NCBI GenBank assembly: GCA_965261395.1
Contig: OZ253462.1
Coordinates: 1,952,001-2,016,000, forward strand
Direction: 5' to 3'
DNA: 64,000 nt
Source: Candidatus Latescibacterota bacterium
Lineage (GTDB): Bacteria > Latescibacterota > UBA2968 > UBA8231
This document shows, piece by piece, positions 48,923-58,660 of this stretch. The first letter of the stretch is position 1; every line of letters begins with the position of its first letter. Made by a program: the position numbers and the translations under genes. Below the pieces are notes generated by a model. That model had not been told where the DNA came from, made no database searches, and was given only the letters and a program-made list of their open reading frames with translations.

Positions 48923-50371
48923 ATGACCGCGCGCCTGTTGCTGATTTTGGGCGCACTCGCCTGCGCCGACCAACCCGATCCGCAAGATGCGGCACGCCCC
49001 GCAGAAGCCCACCGCTTGCTCCAGCGCGGTACGCTCTTCTTGCAACAGGATCGGCCCGCCCGCGCCCTAGCGGCACTCACGCAGGCCGTGGCGCTCGATT
49101 CCGCGTCGAGCACCGCCCATTTTCAGCAGGGACTAGCCCATGCCCGGCTCGACCAGCCAGCGCTCGCCATCGCCGCCTTCAAACGCGCCTTGGCCCTGAC
49201 GCCCGACCAGCCGCGCGCGCTCTTTGCTCTCGCCGCGGTGCTGCGCGACCAGCACCGCTATCTAGAGGCAGCTACCTATCTGGAGCAGGCTATCGCCCTC
49301 GCTCCCGAGCGCGCCAAATATCACTTCTATCTGGGTGAGGCGCGCCGCGCCACCGGCGATTTTGCAGGCGCGCTCGCAGCCTTTGAACGCACCATCGAAC
49401 TCGCGCCCGACCATCTTGAGGCCCGCTACTACCACAGCGACCTCCTCGTGCGCAACCAGCAATTATCCCAAGCGCGCGCGGGCTTTGTAGATCTGCTCGC
49501 CCATGATCCCGACCACGTCCAAGGCGGTCTCGGCTTGGGCGGCTTGCTCATCCGCCTAGGGGAACCCGCAGCGGCCATCGACGTGCTTGAGCGCATTGCC
49601 ACCACCGAGCCGCACAACCCCGCTCCCCACTATCTGTTGGCCCAAGCCTACGCCGAGTGCGACCGCCCCGACGACGCCCGCAACGCGCTGGGCCGCTTCC
49701 AGCGCTTGAGCGCGGCCGAACGCCACCTCAACCAAGCCAACATTTACATCCGCCAACGCACGTGGGACAAGGCGATCGACTCCCTAAAACGCGCCCTCGC
49801 TAACGACTCTACCTCGGTGGACATTCGCCAGCGCCTCGCCACCGTGTACGCATACCAAAAGCGCTTCGCCGACGCCCGCGACGCGCTGGAGCAAGTCCTC
49901 GCCCGCGAGCCCGACCACCACGACGCCTACATCATGTTGGGCGACCTGTACTTGCACGAGGGTATGTCCAAAGAAGCCAACGCGCACTTTACCCGCGCCT
50001 CGGCGATCGACCCCGACTCCTTTGCCGCGGCCTATGGCTTGGGCCGCGCGCGTTTCAAAAGTGGCGACTTTGCCGGGGCCGTCGCCGCGTTGCGCCAAGC
50101 CCTCGCCCGCGAGCCCGACCACCGCGACGCCCACTACGCCATCGGGCTAGCCTATGTCCGCCAAGCAAGCTACCGCGATGCCCGCGCCCATTTCGCCCGC
50201 AGCATTGCCCTCGACCCAGACCACGCGGAATCGCACTACGGGCTGGCGCTGCTCCTCATGCAGCAAGGGCAGCGGGAGCAAGCGCGGCAAGCCTTGCAAA
50301 AGGTGCTTGCCCTCGCCCCGGATCACCAGCGCGCTCAGGCCAAGCTAGGCGAACTGGACCAAGAGCCGTAA
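48923..50371 (+). CDS. TPR-repeat lipoprotein
   Basis: Lipobox ALAC followed by many 34-aa TPR units. Confidence 0.88.
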   Translation: MTARLLLILGALACADQPDPQDAARPAEAHRLLQRGTLFLQQDRPARALAALTQAVALDSASSTAHFQQGLAHARLDQPALAIAAFKRALALTPDQPRALFALAAVLRDQHRYLEAATYLEQAIALAPERAKYHFYLGEARRATGDFAGALAAFERTIELAPDHLEARYYHSDLLVRNQQLSQARAGFVDLLAHDPDHVQGGLGLGGLLIRLGEPAAAIDVLERIATTEPHNPAPHYLLAQAYAECDRPDDARNALGRFQRLSAAERHLNQANIYIRQRTWDKAIDSLKRALANDSTSVDIRQRLATVYAYQKRFADARDALEQVLAREPDHHDAYIMLGDLYLHEGMSKEANAHFTRASAIDPDSFAAAYGLGRARFKSGDFAGAVAALRQALAREPDHRDAHYAIGLAYVRQASYRDARAHFARSIALDPDHAESHYGLALLLMQQGQREQARQALQKVLALAPDHQRAQAKLGELDQEP

Positions 50372-50388
50372 GCTGCCTCTTTCGCGTC

Positions 50389-50525
50389 CTCGGCGACGGA
50401 ACTTTGCCGAGGTGGCCGAGCGCGCTGGAGTCCTTTTCCCGGCGGAAGGCGGATATGCGGCTTCTTCTTCGATCTTGACAACGACGGACATCTCGACCTA
50501 TTTGCTTCAACTATGAGCGCCTTTC
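50389..50525 (+). pseudogene. Frameshifted FG-GAP/CRTAC1-like repeat fragment
   Basis: LGDGT / FAEVAERAGV...GGY / FFDLDNDGHLDLF are read in shifting frames. Confidence 0.6.
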
Positions 50526-50583
50526 CCGGCCGCATCCGCATCGCCCAACGCGAGGCGCACTACCAGATTCTCAGGAGGCCACC

Positions 50584-53500
50584 ATGAGACTCTTAGTGTT
50601 TATAGGCATCTGCTTGGCACCGCTGGCCGCAGTCCACGCCCAAAAAGGCCACCGCGTCACCAGCCGCTCCGTAGTGGTCAATAGGGCCGCGCACTGGCAC
50701 AACTGGCAGCTACCTACCCACGCCGTGCAGGTGTCGCCGGACGGCACCGTCGAGCCGCACTTTTTTCGCGCGCGCTTCAACCTGCTCGACGACTTGCAGA
50801 CCTTCACTCGCCCCATCGTAGATCTGCGTCGCCGCCGCAACCAGAATGCCATCCTCAACATCGACAGCACCCAGACCCGCGACGTAAAAGGCGAGGTCAT
50901 CCTCGACCGCAAGGGCAACCCCTTCTACTCCTATTTCTTTCGTCCAGGCATCAGCCGCGTCGGCTCAAATGCAGCGGCCGCCGCCAACATCCTCGACGAC
51001 GATCCAACCACCTTCTGGGAGCCCGACCCGCAAGCATCGCTCGACGACTGGTGGATCGAAATAGACTTGGGTCGCGTCGTGGCGGTCGATTCCCTCGTCA
51101 TCCACTTCGTCGAAGAAGAGTTGGGCGATCCCTTTTTCCAGTTCCGCGTTCTCGCCGCGCCCGACCAAGAGCCGGTGCAGGAAAACGCCGACAAAATTGC
51201 CTTTGAACGAGTCGCCAGCACCAAGGCCCCCAACCGCGACCAGCGCACCTTCCGCATTGGTCTCGAACAGCTCAAAGCCGACCCCGACTGGCAGGGCAGG
51301 CTGGTGCAGACCATCCGCATCGTGGTCAGCGATACCCGCGGTGCGCGCGGCGAGCAGATCAGCGAAGAGGAATGGCAGGCCCTACCAGCCAACGAGCGCG
51401 GTGCGATCGTCTATTTCATCCGCGATGAACAGGGCTTTGAAGAGCCGGTCGAGCGCGCCGTCTATGAAAGCCTCGATCCCCAGCGCCAAGGCCGCTTGGA
51501 TTACTACCGGCGCGAACGACCGCGTCTGGCCGGTATCGAGGTGTACGGGTTTGGCGACAACATCAGCAGTGGCTTGATAGCCGGCGGCGGCCAACTCGGC
51601 CTGACCGGCGACGGCTTCTTGCCGGGGCCGGCTTTTGATGGGGATTTCAACACCAGCTTCCTGCACCTCGTTTGGTCGCCGACCATCGACCGCGGCGTGC
51701 TCACCGTTGACATGGGCGCGTCGTTTTGGCTCGACGTCATGCGCATTTCCTCGGCCCGGCCCCGGCCTTTTATCGACGGCTACTTGATCCGCGGCTCCGA
51801 CGGCTCGCGCGATACCCGCGGCAAGATCAAGTGGGCGCGCCTCAGCCCCCGCTTCCGCGAGGACAACAGCACCGACCGCTTTGAGCACATCGTCGACACC
51901 TATACCTCCAGCCCCAAGCTCCGCTTCCTCGAAATAAGCATCATCTCGGCAGACCCGCGCCGCCGAGGCGGGTACAACACCGGGCCGACTATTGTCGAGT
52001 ACCAGCTTTTTTCCACCGGCTACCCCGCGCAAGCAGAGCTGACTTCTGATCTGATTGCGCTGCCTGGGGCGCGCAACTTCGGAGCCATCACTTGGGAGAC
52101 TGAGACACCCCCGGGCACGACCGTCGCAATCCGCACCCGCACCGGCGACTTGCTGGGCAAGGTTATCCGCTACTTCGATAGCTCGGGCAACGAAATCACC
52201 TATGACGCTTGGAAAAACCTCTTGGGCAGCTTTAAGGGACCAGCCGACACCACCTTCGTGCCCACTAGCGGCTGGAGCCCTTGGAGCCGCGCCTACCAGC
52301 AGCCCGGCGACATCGTCACCTCTCCCGGTCTGCGCAAGTTCATGCAGTTCCAAGTCGAGATGATTACTACCGACCGCGAGGCCGCGGCCTCGATCCGCTC
52401 GCTCGCGGTCGAGTTGCTCAATCCAGTGGCCGAGCGCATCGCAGCCGAACTATGGCCGGCCTCGGTGGAGACCTCCGGTGAGCGGGAGACCTTTGACGTC
52501 TTTGCCCAGCCCTACTTCATCGAGTCGCCCGCAGCCTCGCGCAGCTCTGGCTTCAACGAAATCCTGCTGACCATGCCGGCCTCGGAAAACCTCGAACTCT
52601 TGGAGTTTGGCATCGGCAGCCCAGACGGCGAGCAGGTCTTTCGCCTTGGGACCGAGCGCGGCGTGCTCTCGGCCGACGACCAGACGCAAGCCGCGCTTTT
52701 GGCCAACAGCGGCGACTCGATCTGGGTGCGCCTAGACGATGCGCTCAACATCCTGCCCGCGACCAGCCGCACGTACAACCGCATTACCCTCGAGGGCGAA
52801 GAGGTTCCCGTGACCCAAGACGGCCTGCCGCTTACGGCCGCGGCGTACGGGACCCTCGACAAAGACGAACGGGGGGCCATTCGCTACTTCCGCCGCAACG
52901 GCAACCGGCTCAGCGAGATTGACCAAACCAGCTACGGCGACCTGCCCAGCGAAGAGCAAGGCCCCGTCCGCTACTTCCGCATTCTGCGTGGCGATGGGGC
53001 CCAGTTTCCCTTTGACGCGCTCGGCGACTCGCTCGACTCGGCAGCGTACAACCGCCTCTCTGCGACTAATCGCGGCGTTGTGACTGGGCCGGGCCAGCGG
53101 TTTCGCCTGCGCCTTTCAGCACCGGTCTTTCTCAACGGCACTACCTTGCACCTGTTCGTGCGCCATGCCACGAGCACCGACGCCGAAGTGGCGTGGCAGG
53201 CCGTTGAAGCGGGCAACGCCGACGAAGGCGTCGCCAGCAACACGCTAGCAATCAAGGTCCCCATCGACAGCGGCCTTCTCCAAGGCCTCGCAGTCGGTCC
53301 CAACCCCTTTACCCCCAACGGCGACGGGATCAACGACGCGGCTGAAATCTCGCTGGACATCTTCAAGCTCACTTCCAGCCGCCGCCTCCAAGTGCGGATT
53401 TATACGCTTGATGGGCGACGGGTTTGGCAGCGCGAGGAGATGGTGTTGAGCGGTCGCACCACCGTGCGTTGGGACGGCGTCGATGACCACGGCCGCCGAG

Positions 53501-53595
53501 CGCCGCCCGGGCTGTATCTGTGCCAAGTCCAGCTCGACGCCGACGCCGAAGGACAGCCGACGACCCAAGCGCGGATTATCGCCGTGGCCTACTAG
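50584..53595 (+). CDS. Large secreted protein with discoidin-like segments and a C-terminal FlgD-Ig/CTD-like domain
   Basis: Signal peptide, WIEIDLGR, RTRTG, PNPFTPNGDGIND and WDG.D..G...PPGLY. Ends IAVAY. Confidence 0.75.
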   Translation: MRLLVFIGICLAPLAAVHAQKGHRVTSRSVVVNRAAHWHNWQLPTHAVQVSPDGTVEPHFFRARFNLLDDLQTFTRPIVDLRRRRNQNAILNIDSTQTRDVKGEVILDRKGNPFYSYFFRPGISRVGSNAAAAANILDDDPTTFWEPDPQASLDDWWIEIDLGRVVAVDSLVIHFVEEELGDPFFQFRVLAAPDQEPVQENADKIAFERVASTKAPNRDQRTFRIGLEQLKADPDWQGRLVQTIRIVVSDTRGARGEQISEEEWQALPANERGAIVYFIRDEQGFEEPVERAVYESLDPQRQGRLDYYRRERPRLAGIEVYGFGDNISSGLIAGGGQLGLTGDGFLPGPAFDGDFNTSFLHLVWSPTIDRGVLTVDMGASFWLDVMRISSARPRPFIDGYLIRGSDGSRDTRGKIKWARLSPRFREDNSTDRFEHIVDTYTSSPKLRFLEISIISADPRRRGGYNTGPTIVEYQLFSTGYPAQAELTSDLIALPGARNFGAITWETETPPGTTVAIRTRTGDLLGKVIRYFDSSGNEITYDAWKNLLGSFKGPADTTFVPTSGWSPWSRAYQQPGDIVTSPGLRKFMQFQVEMITTDREAAASIRSLAVELLNPVAERIAAELWPASVETSGERETFDVFAQPYFIESPAASRSSGFNEILLTMPASENLELLEFGIGSPDGEQVFRLGTERGVLSADDQTQAALLANSGDSIWVRLDDALNILPATSRTYNRITLEGEEVPVTQDGLPLTAAAYGTLDKDERGAIRYFRRNGNRLSEIDQTSYGDLPSEEQGPVRYFRILRGDGAQFPFDALGDSLDSAAYNRLSATNRGVVTGPGQRFRLRLSAPVFLNGTTLHLFVRHATSTDAEVAWQAVEAGNADEGVASNTLAIKVPIDSGLLQGLAVGPNPFTPNGDGINDAAEISLDIFKLTSSRRLQVRIYTLDGRRVWQREEMVLSGRTTVRWDGVDDHGRRAPPGLYLCQVQLDADAEGQPTTQARIIAVAY

Positions 53596-53650
53596 TTATT
53601 GCTGGAACGCCCGGAGCCGATTATCATTGACGCACCTTAGGAGGGATTGC

Positions 53651-56314
53651 ATGAACCGGAGATGGACATTCTGGACGGCAATAGCCATCCTGTGGCTCGG
53701 CAGTGCTGCTGCCGACGCCCAGGAATACGGCGCTCGCACCGGCACGGTCAAAAGGGGCGGGGTGGTTTCCTTTGAGCCACAGGGGCCCGGCGTCCTGTTC
53801 GGCTCCCTCGACCCGGCCAAGCGCAAGTGGTACGTGCCGCAGGAGCTTTTTAACGAATATCAGTGGCGGCAGTGGGAATACTCCAACTACGCCCGCGATC
53901 ACTACCAGCGCTACGTTAGCGCCATCCGCGAGGGCGATTACTACTACGACCTCTACGGCAACCTCATCACCCGGGGCTGGCTGATTTTCAACAACTCGCA
54001 GACCCAGCCCCGGCAGTTTGGCTCTTCCGTGCTGAAGTCTAGAAATTTCGAGGGGTGGTTTAGCGGCTTGGTCATCTCGGCCGACTCCAAGGGCCAGCAC
54101 CACTACGCCCTGACGGCCGGCACCAAGATCCGCTCGACCCTGACGCCGATGACCTTCTCCAAGCCGCGCTGGGACGGCATTCAATTCGACTACGCGGCTG
54201 ACAAATACCAAGGCACCCTGATCTACTCGCGTATCAGCCGCCCCGGTGGCACGTCAACCAACGATCAAGAGAGCTTGGTCACCAACGAAACATCTATGTT
54301 CGGCAGCCGCACCACCGCGCAGGTGGGCGACTTCGCCACCATAGGGCTGACCATGGTCAACGCCCACCAGTCCAACACCCTCATCGACGGCTTTACCGGC
54401 AACCCCTTCACCGGTGAGCTTACAGTTGATCAGAACCAGACCGTCTCGATCATCGAGGTCGTCTTGCGCGACGACAGCCCCGAGGACGGCGTCGGCGGCG
54501 CAGCCTTCTTCAGCGCCGGTTCGGACATCATCATCACCTATCTCGACGGCACCCAAGACAACGGCAAGGCCATTCGCTTTGAGCCGATCATCGAAGGTGG
54601 CCTCGTGGGGGAGGGCTTTCTCTCAGCCGATGGCGTCGAGGAGATCCGCCTGCGCTACGACTTTGACAGCCCGGCCTTTGTCAACCGCGCTTCGGGCACC
54701 AAAGAAGAAATCAAAAAGGTCGAGTTCCGCCTCGTGCTGGGCAACGACTATCAGGTCTGGGTCACTTCTGACAGCCAGCTCAACTTCAGCGGCGAGTCCG
54801 TGCTCTTGCTCGTCGCCCAAGCCGAGGGCAACGTCCAAGACAACACCAATTTGCAGATCGTCAGTTTCGACTACGGCCTGCCGACCTCCACTCAGATTTG
54901 GGGAGGAACCTTAGAGCTGCAAAAGGTCCTCGGCTTCGACTTCTACGGCGAGTACGACCTCAGTTACAGCTACACCAAGTACCCCAATGTAGTCGCCAAA
55001 ACCCACACCACCTTTTCCGGCATCCGCGGCGACCGCGCCGCCGCCGCGTGGATGATGAACCTCTCGCGGGTCGCGTTTCCCTTTTTCTTTTTTGGCGAGG
55101 CCTACAGCATGGATCCTCGCTACTCCACCCGCACGTTCACCGCCCAAGGCGATGGCTTTATCGACTACGAGGACGAACGCATCCACGTCGTCGAGCTGGT
55201 CGAGGACAACGACGACCAAGACGAATTTCCCGACACCGTGCGCAAGGACTGGCAAGTCGGCGACCCGAGCGTCTTCCCCGGCTGGGACGAAAACAACGAC
55301 TTCATCTCGGATTTCAACCAGAACGACAACCGCTTCTTGAGCAACCTCATCCCGGACTACGAGGAGCCGTTTTTGCGCCACAACGTCGATCGGCCCGAAT
55401 TTCTCTTCGGCATCGACCTGAACAACAACCTGTGGGTCGATCGCTTTGAAAACGACGAACTGCCCGACTACCCCTACAATAAGGATCACCGCGGGTACAA
55501 CGCCTACGGCGGCGTCCACTTCACCCCGGAATTGCGGCTGATGGTCGGCGTCTTGCGCGAGGGCCTCATTTCTTCCAAGCAGAAAAACCACGCCAATTAC
55601 GCCCTGCTAACTCTCGACTACCACCACCCTTCTTGGGGTCGCTTCCGCGCCTTTGAGATGCTCAAATCCACCACCGACGACATTCCCGACGACCTCTTGC
55701 AGTGGCTGCCCAACGCCAATATTCGCACCGGCGAGCCGACCAAAGTTGAGGATCCCCTCATCGCCCGCGACGCTTGGATCAACAGCCTGTGGATCGGCCA
55801 CGACTACAAGTTGCGCGGCCTGCTGACGGCCAATTACCTCAAATACGACCTGTATCACCAGCGGCTCAGCGAGAACGAGCGAGCGCTGTTGGGCCTGCGC
55901 GAGCGCGACTTTTTCTTTGGCCTAATCAACAAAATCAGCTACCGCTTCGACTTTGGGCACCTGTGGCTGGAGCCGCGCTGGAAAAGCGAGTACCGCCACC
56001 AGAGCCGCGACCTAATTTCGGCTGACGAGCGCACCGAGCTGGCCGAGATCGGCGGCTTCGTCCTCGGCTTTCCCCTGCTCAGCCACACGACCCTGCTGAG
56101 CGGGCTGGAGCTGACCTTCCTCAATGACATGAAGCGCGACTCCAACGACTTCAACGGCCTAGTCTGGGCCTTGCAGATGGCCAATATCTCCGATTATCTC
56201 GGCTACAAAGTCACGACTCATGCGGGTATGAAAATCGACCGTCGCCAGCCCCGAGGCGAGGACGCCGTGATTATTAATCAGATCTTTATTTCCATCTACG
56301 CGGGCTTGCAATAA
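53651..56314 (+). CDS. Large exported protein, probable outer-membrane beta-barrel with Asp-rich Ca-binding-like loops
   Basis: Signal peptide, DxN/DxD-rich motifs and amphipathic aromatic beta strands toward the C-terminus (…FISIYAGLQ). Confidence 0.6.
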   Translation: MNRRWTFWTAIAILWLGSAAADAQEYGARTGTVKRGGVVSFEPQGPGVLFGSLDPAKRKWYVPQELFNEYQWRQWEYSNYARDHYQRYVSAIREGDYYYDLYGNLITRGWLIFNNSQTQPRQFGSSVLKSRNFEGWFSGLVISADSKGQHHYALTAGTKIRSTLTPMTFSKPRWDGIQFDYAADKYQGTLIYSRISRPGGTSTNDQESLVTNETSMFGSRTTAQVGDFATIGLTMVNAHQSNTLIDGFTGNPFTGELTVDQNQTVSIIEVVLRDDSPEDGVGGAAFFSAGSDIIITYLDGTQDNGKAIRFEPIIEGGLVGEGFLSADGVEEIRLRYDFDSPAFVNRASGTKEEIKKVEFRLVLGNDYQVWVTSDSQLNFSGESVLLLVAQAEGNVQDNTNLQIVSFDYGLPTSTQIWGGTLELQKVLGFDFYGEYDLSYSYTKYPNVVAKTHTTFSGIRGDRAAAAWMMNLSRVAFPFFFFGEAYSMDPRYSTRTFTAQGDGFIDYEDERIHVVELVEDNDDQDEFPDTVRKDWQVGDPSVFPGWDENNDFISDFNQNDNRFLSNLIPDYEEPFLRHNVDRPEFLFGIDLNNNLWVDRFENDELPDYPYNKDHRGYNAYGGVHFTPELRLMVGVLREGLISSKQKNHANYALLTLDYHHPSWGRFRAFEMLKSTTDDIPDDLLQWLPNANIRTGEPTKVEDPLIARDAWINSLWIGHDYKLRGLLTANYLKYDLYHQRLSENERALLGLRERDFFFGLINKISYRFDFGHLWLEPRWKSEYRHQSRDLISADERTELAEIGGFVLGFPLLSHTTLLSGLELTFLNDMKRDSNDFNGLVWALQMANISDYLGYKVTTHAGMKIDRRQPRGEDAVIINQIFISIYAGLQ

Positions 56315-56327
56315 GCGCGCAGCGCCC

Positions 56328-58541
56328 ATGGCTAGACGCTGGATGTTCATGGGGGTTGTGGCCGTCTTTGCGCTCGCCCTCTCAGCGCGCCTTTACTACC
56401 TCCACGAAATACGCGTCAGCCCGCTTTTTACCGCACCCGTCGTCGATGCCCGCACCTATACCGAGGACGCTCGCTACCTAAGCGACGTCTCCTTTGCGGG
56501 TCGGCCCGCGCCCTTCTGGCAACCACCGCTCTACCCCGTGCTGCTCGGCGTCCTCTTTGCCGTCGCCGGAGACAATCTCTACCTACCGAGGCTCATCCAA
56601 GCCGTCCTAGGCGCGCTCGTCTGCGTCCTCATCTGCCTGTTGGGGTACCGGGTCTTTGGCGCGGGGATCGGGCTAGGCGCGGGCTTTGCCGCGGCGTTGT
56701 ACGGTCCCCTCATCTACTTTGGCGGCGAGTTGCTGCCGACCCTGCTGGCCTGTTGCCTCAACTTGCTCGTGCTGTTGCTCGCAGTCGGCGGGGGCGGTTG
56801 GGCGCGCGCGCTGGCAGCCGGTGTGCTGCTGGGCCTGTCCGCGCTCGCCGTGGCCAATGTGCTGCTCTTCGCGCCCGTGCTGTTGGGCTATCTCTACTGG
56901 CGACAGCGGCGGCTCCGCCCGCCAGCTCTCCTGCTCTTGGGCTGCGCGCTGGTCATCGCGCCGGTCGCGTATCGCAACTGGGCGGTTGGCGACGATCTAG
57001 TGCTCATCTCGCACAACGCGGGCATCAACTTTTACATCGGCAACAACGCCGACTACGCGCAAACGACCCGCATCCGCCCGGGACGGGCTTGGGCCGAGCT
57101 GGTGGAAATGCCCGAACGCCGCGCTGGTATTGAGCAGCCTTCGGCCAAGTCGCGCTATTTCTTTGCCCAATCTTGGCAATACATAACCTCCGAGCCGCTC
57201 GATTTCTTGGGCTTGCTGGCCTACAAGGGCTACCTATTCCTGCGCGGCGACGAAATCCCGCGCAACCGCGACCTCTACTTCGCCCGCAACGACTCTTCGC
57301 TGTTGTCGATCCTGCTGTGGAAAAAGGGGCTGGCGTTTCCCTTCGGCTTGATCGCCCCGCTGGCTCTAGTGGGGCTTTTTGCCTTTCTGCGCTCCCCTGA
57401 GCCTGCCGAGGGGCGCTTGCTCGCGCTCTTTGTGGCTTGCTACGCGCTGTCCGTAGTCCTGTTTTTCGTCACCGGGCGCTATCGCCTGCCGGCTGTCCCG
57501 GTGCTGTTGCTGTTTGCGGCTTGTGGGGTGCGCGCCCTGTGGCACCGGCCTTGGCCCGCGCTCGCCGCCTTTGCCGCCCTCCTGGTCTTTTGCAATGTCG
57601 CCACAGGCGCGATGGACCGAGAAGGCGATGCCCACGAGCACTACTATCTCGGCTACGCCTACGAGGAACGGGACATGCCGGCCCACGCCGCCCGCCACTA
57701 CCGCCGCGCCATGGCCCGCGACCCCAACTTCGCCGAGCCACTTCTCGCGCTCGCCGCGCTCCACGGCGAGGCCAAGCGCTACGGCAAGGCCATCGACCTC
57801 TATCGCCGCTATCTTAAAACGCGGCCTCACGACGAGGACGTGCGCTTTCTCCTTGGTCACACCGCATTGCTCGCTCGGCGCTACGACGAGGCTGCAGCCG
57901 CGTACTCTGAGATCACAGCGGTGCGTCCCAACTGGGCAGCCGCGCACGGCGGCCTCGGCTACGCCCTCCTAATGACGGACCAACCCCAGCGCGCTACCCG
58001 AGCTTATAGTCGCACGCTCGAACTGAACCCGGACTCGACGCTCGTGCGCTATCAACTTGCTCGCCTGTACGCCGAGCAAGGGCAGACCCGCGAGGCTATC
58101 GCCGAGTTTGAGCAACTCGTGCAGCGCGAACCGCACATTCCCGAGTACCCAACCCGCCTCGCCGACCTGCTCATCCAACTCCAACAAGGGACGGGCATGG
58201 CCCTCGGGCAAACGAGCCAGTTAGCCGAGGCCGAAAGACTTTTGCGCCGCGCCATCGCGCTCGACCCCAAGGCCGCGCATCCCCATTGGAGCTTGGGCAT
58301 GCTCTACGCCCGCCAAGGACGCTATGCAGAGGCCGTGACCCTGTTTGAGCATTTGCTCCAGATCGCTCCGCGCGATTACCAAACCCACCTATTCCTCGGG
58401 CACCTCTACCAACGCACCGGACGCCAAGCCGACGCGGACGCCCAGTTCGCGGCCTTCAGCCGCAGCCAGCGCGCCTACCGCATGGAAAAGGTGGCGCGCC
58501 GGGAAATGGAAGCCCAGATCGAACAAATTTTCGGCGGTTGA
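56328..58541 (+). CDS. GT-C fold glycosyltransferase (ArnT/PMT-like) with C-terminal TPRs
   Basis: VDARTY, QPPLYP, GINFYIGNN and RYRLP motifs. TM region followed by TPRs. Confidence 0.8.
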   Translation: MARRWMFMGVVAVFALALSARLYYLHEIRVSPLFTAPVVDARTYTEDARYLSDVSFAGRPAPFWQPPLYPVLLGVLFAVAGDNLYLPRLIQAVLGALVCVLICLLGYRVFGAGIGLGAGFAAALYGPLIYFGGELLPTLLACCLNLLVLLLAVGGGGWARALAAGVLLGLSALAVANVLLFAPVLLGYLYWRQRRLRPPALLLLGCALVIAPVAYRNWAVGDDLVLISHNAGINFYIGNNADYAQTTRIRPGRAWAELVEMPERRAGIEQPSAKSRYFFAQSWQYITSEPLDFLGLLAYKGYLFLRGDEIPRNRDLYFARNDSSLLSILLWKKGLAFPFGLIAPLALVGLFAFLRSPEPAEGRLLALFVACYALSVVLFFVTGRYRLPAVPVLLLFAACGVRALWHRPWPALAAFAALLVFCNVATGAMDREGDAHEHYYLGYAYEERDMPAHAARHYRRAMARDPNFAEPLLALAALHGEAKRYGKAIDLYRRYLKTRPHDEDVRFLLGHTALLARRYDEAAAAYSEITAVRPNWAAAHGGLGYALLMTDQPQRATRAYSRTLELNPDSTLVRYQLARLYAEQGQTREAIAEFEQLVQREPHIPEYPTRLADLLIQLQQGTGMALGQTSQLAEAERLLRRAIALDPKAAHPHWSLGMLYARQGRYAEAVTLFEHLLQIAPRDYQTHLFLGHLYQRTGRQADADAQFAAFSRSQRAYRMEKVARREMEAQIEQIFGG

Positions 58542-58660
58542 TCCGCAGAAAGCGACTTCTCGATGCACAACGCGAGCCGCTGGGCGGTTTTCGGGCATGG
58601 ACCGCTCAGCGTGTTACCCGACGACCCACGAGTGCAAAATCGGTTGGAGAGACTGGGGCG

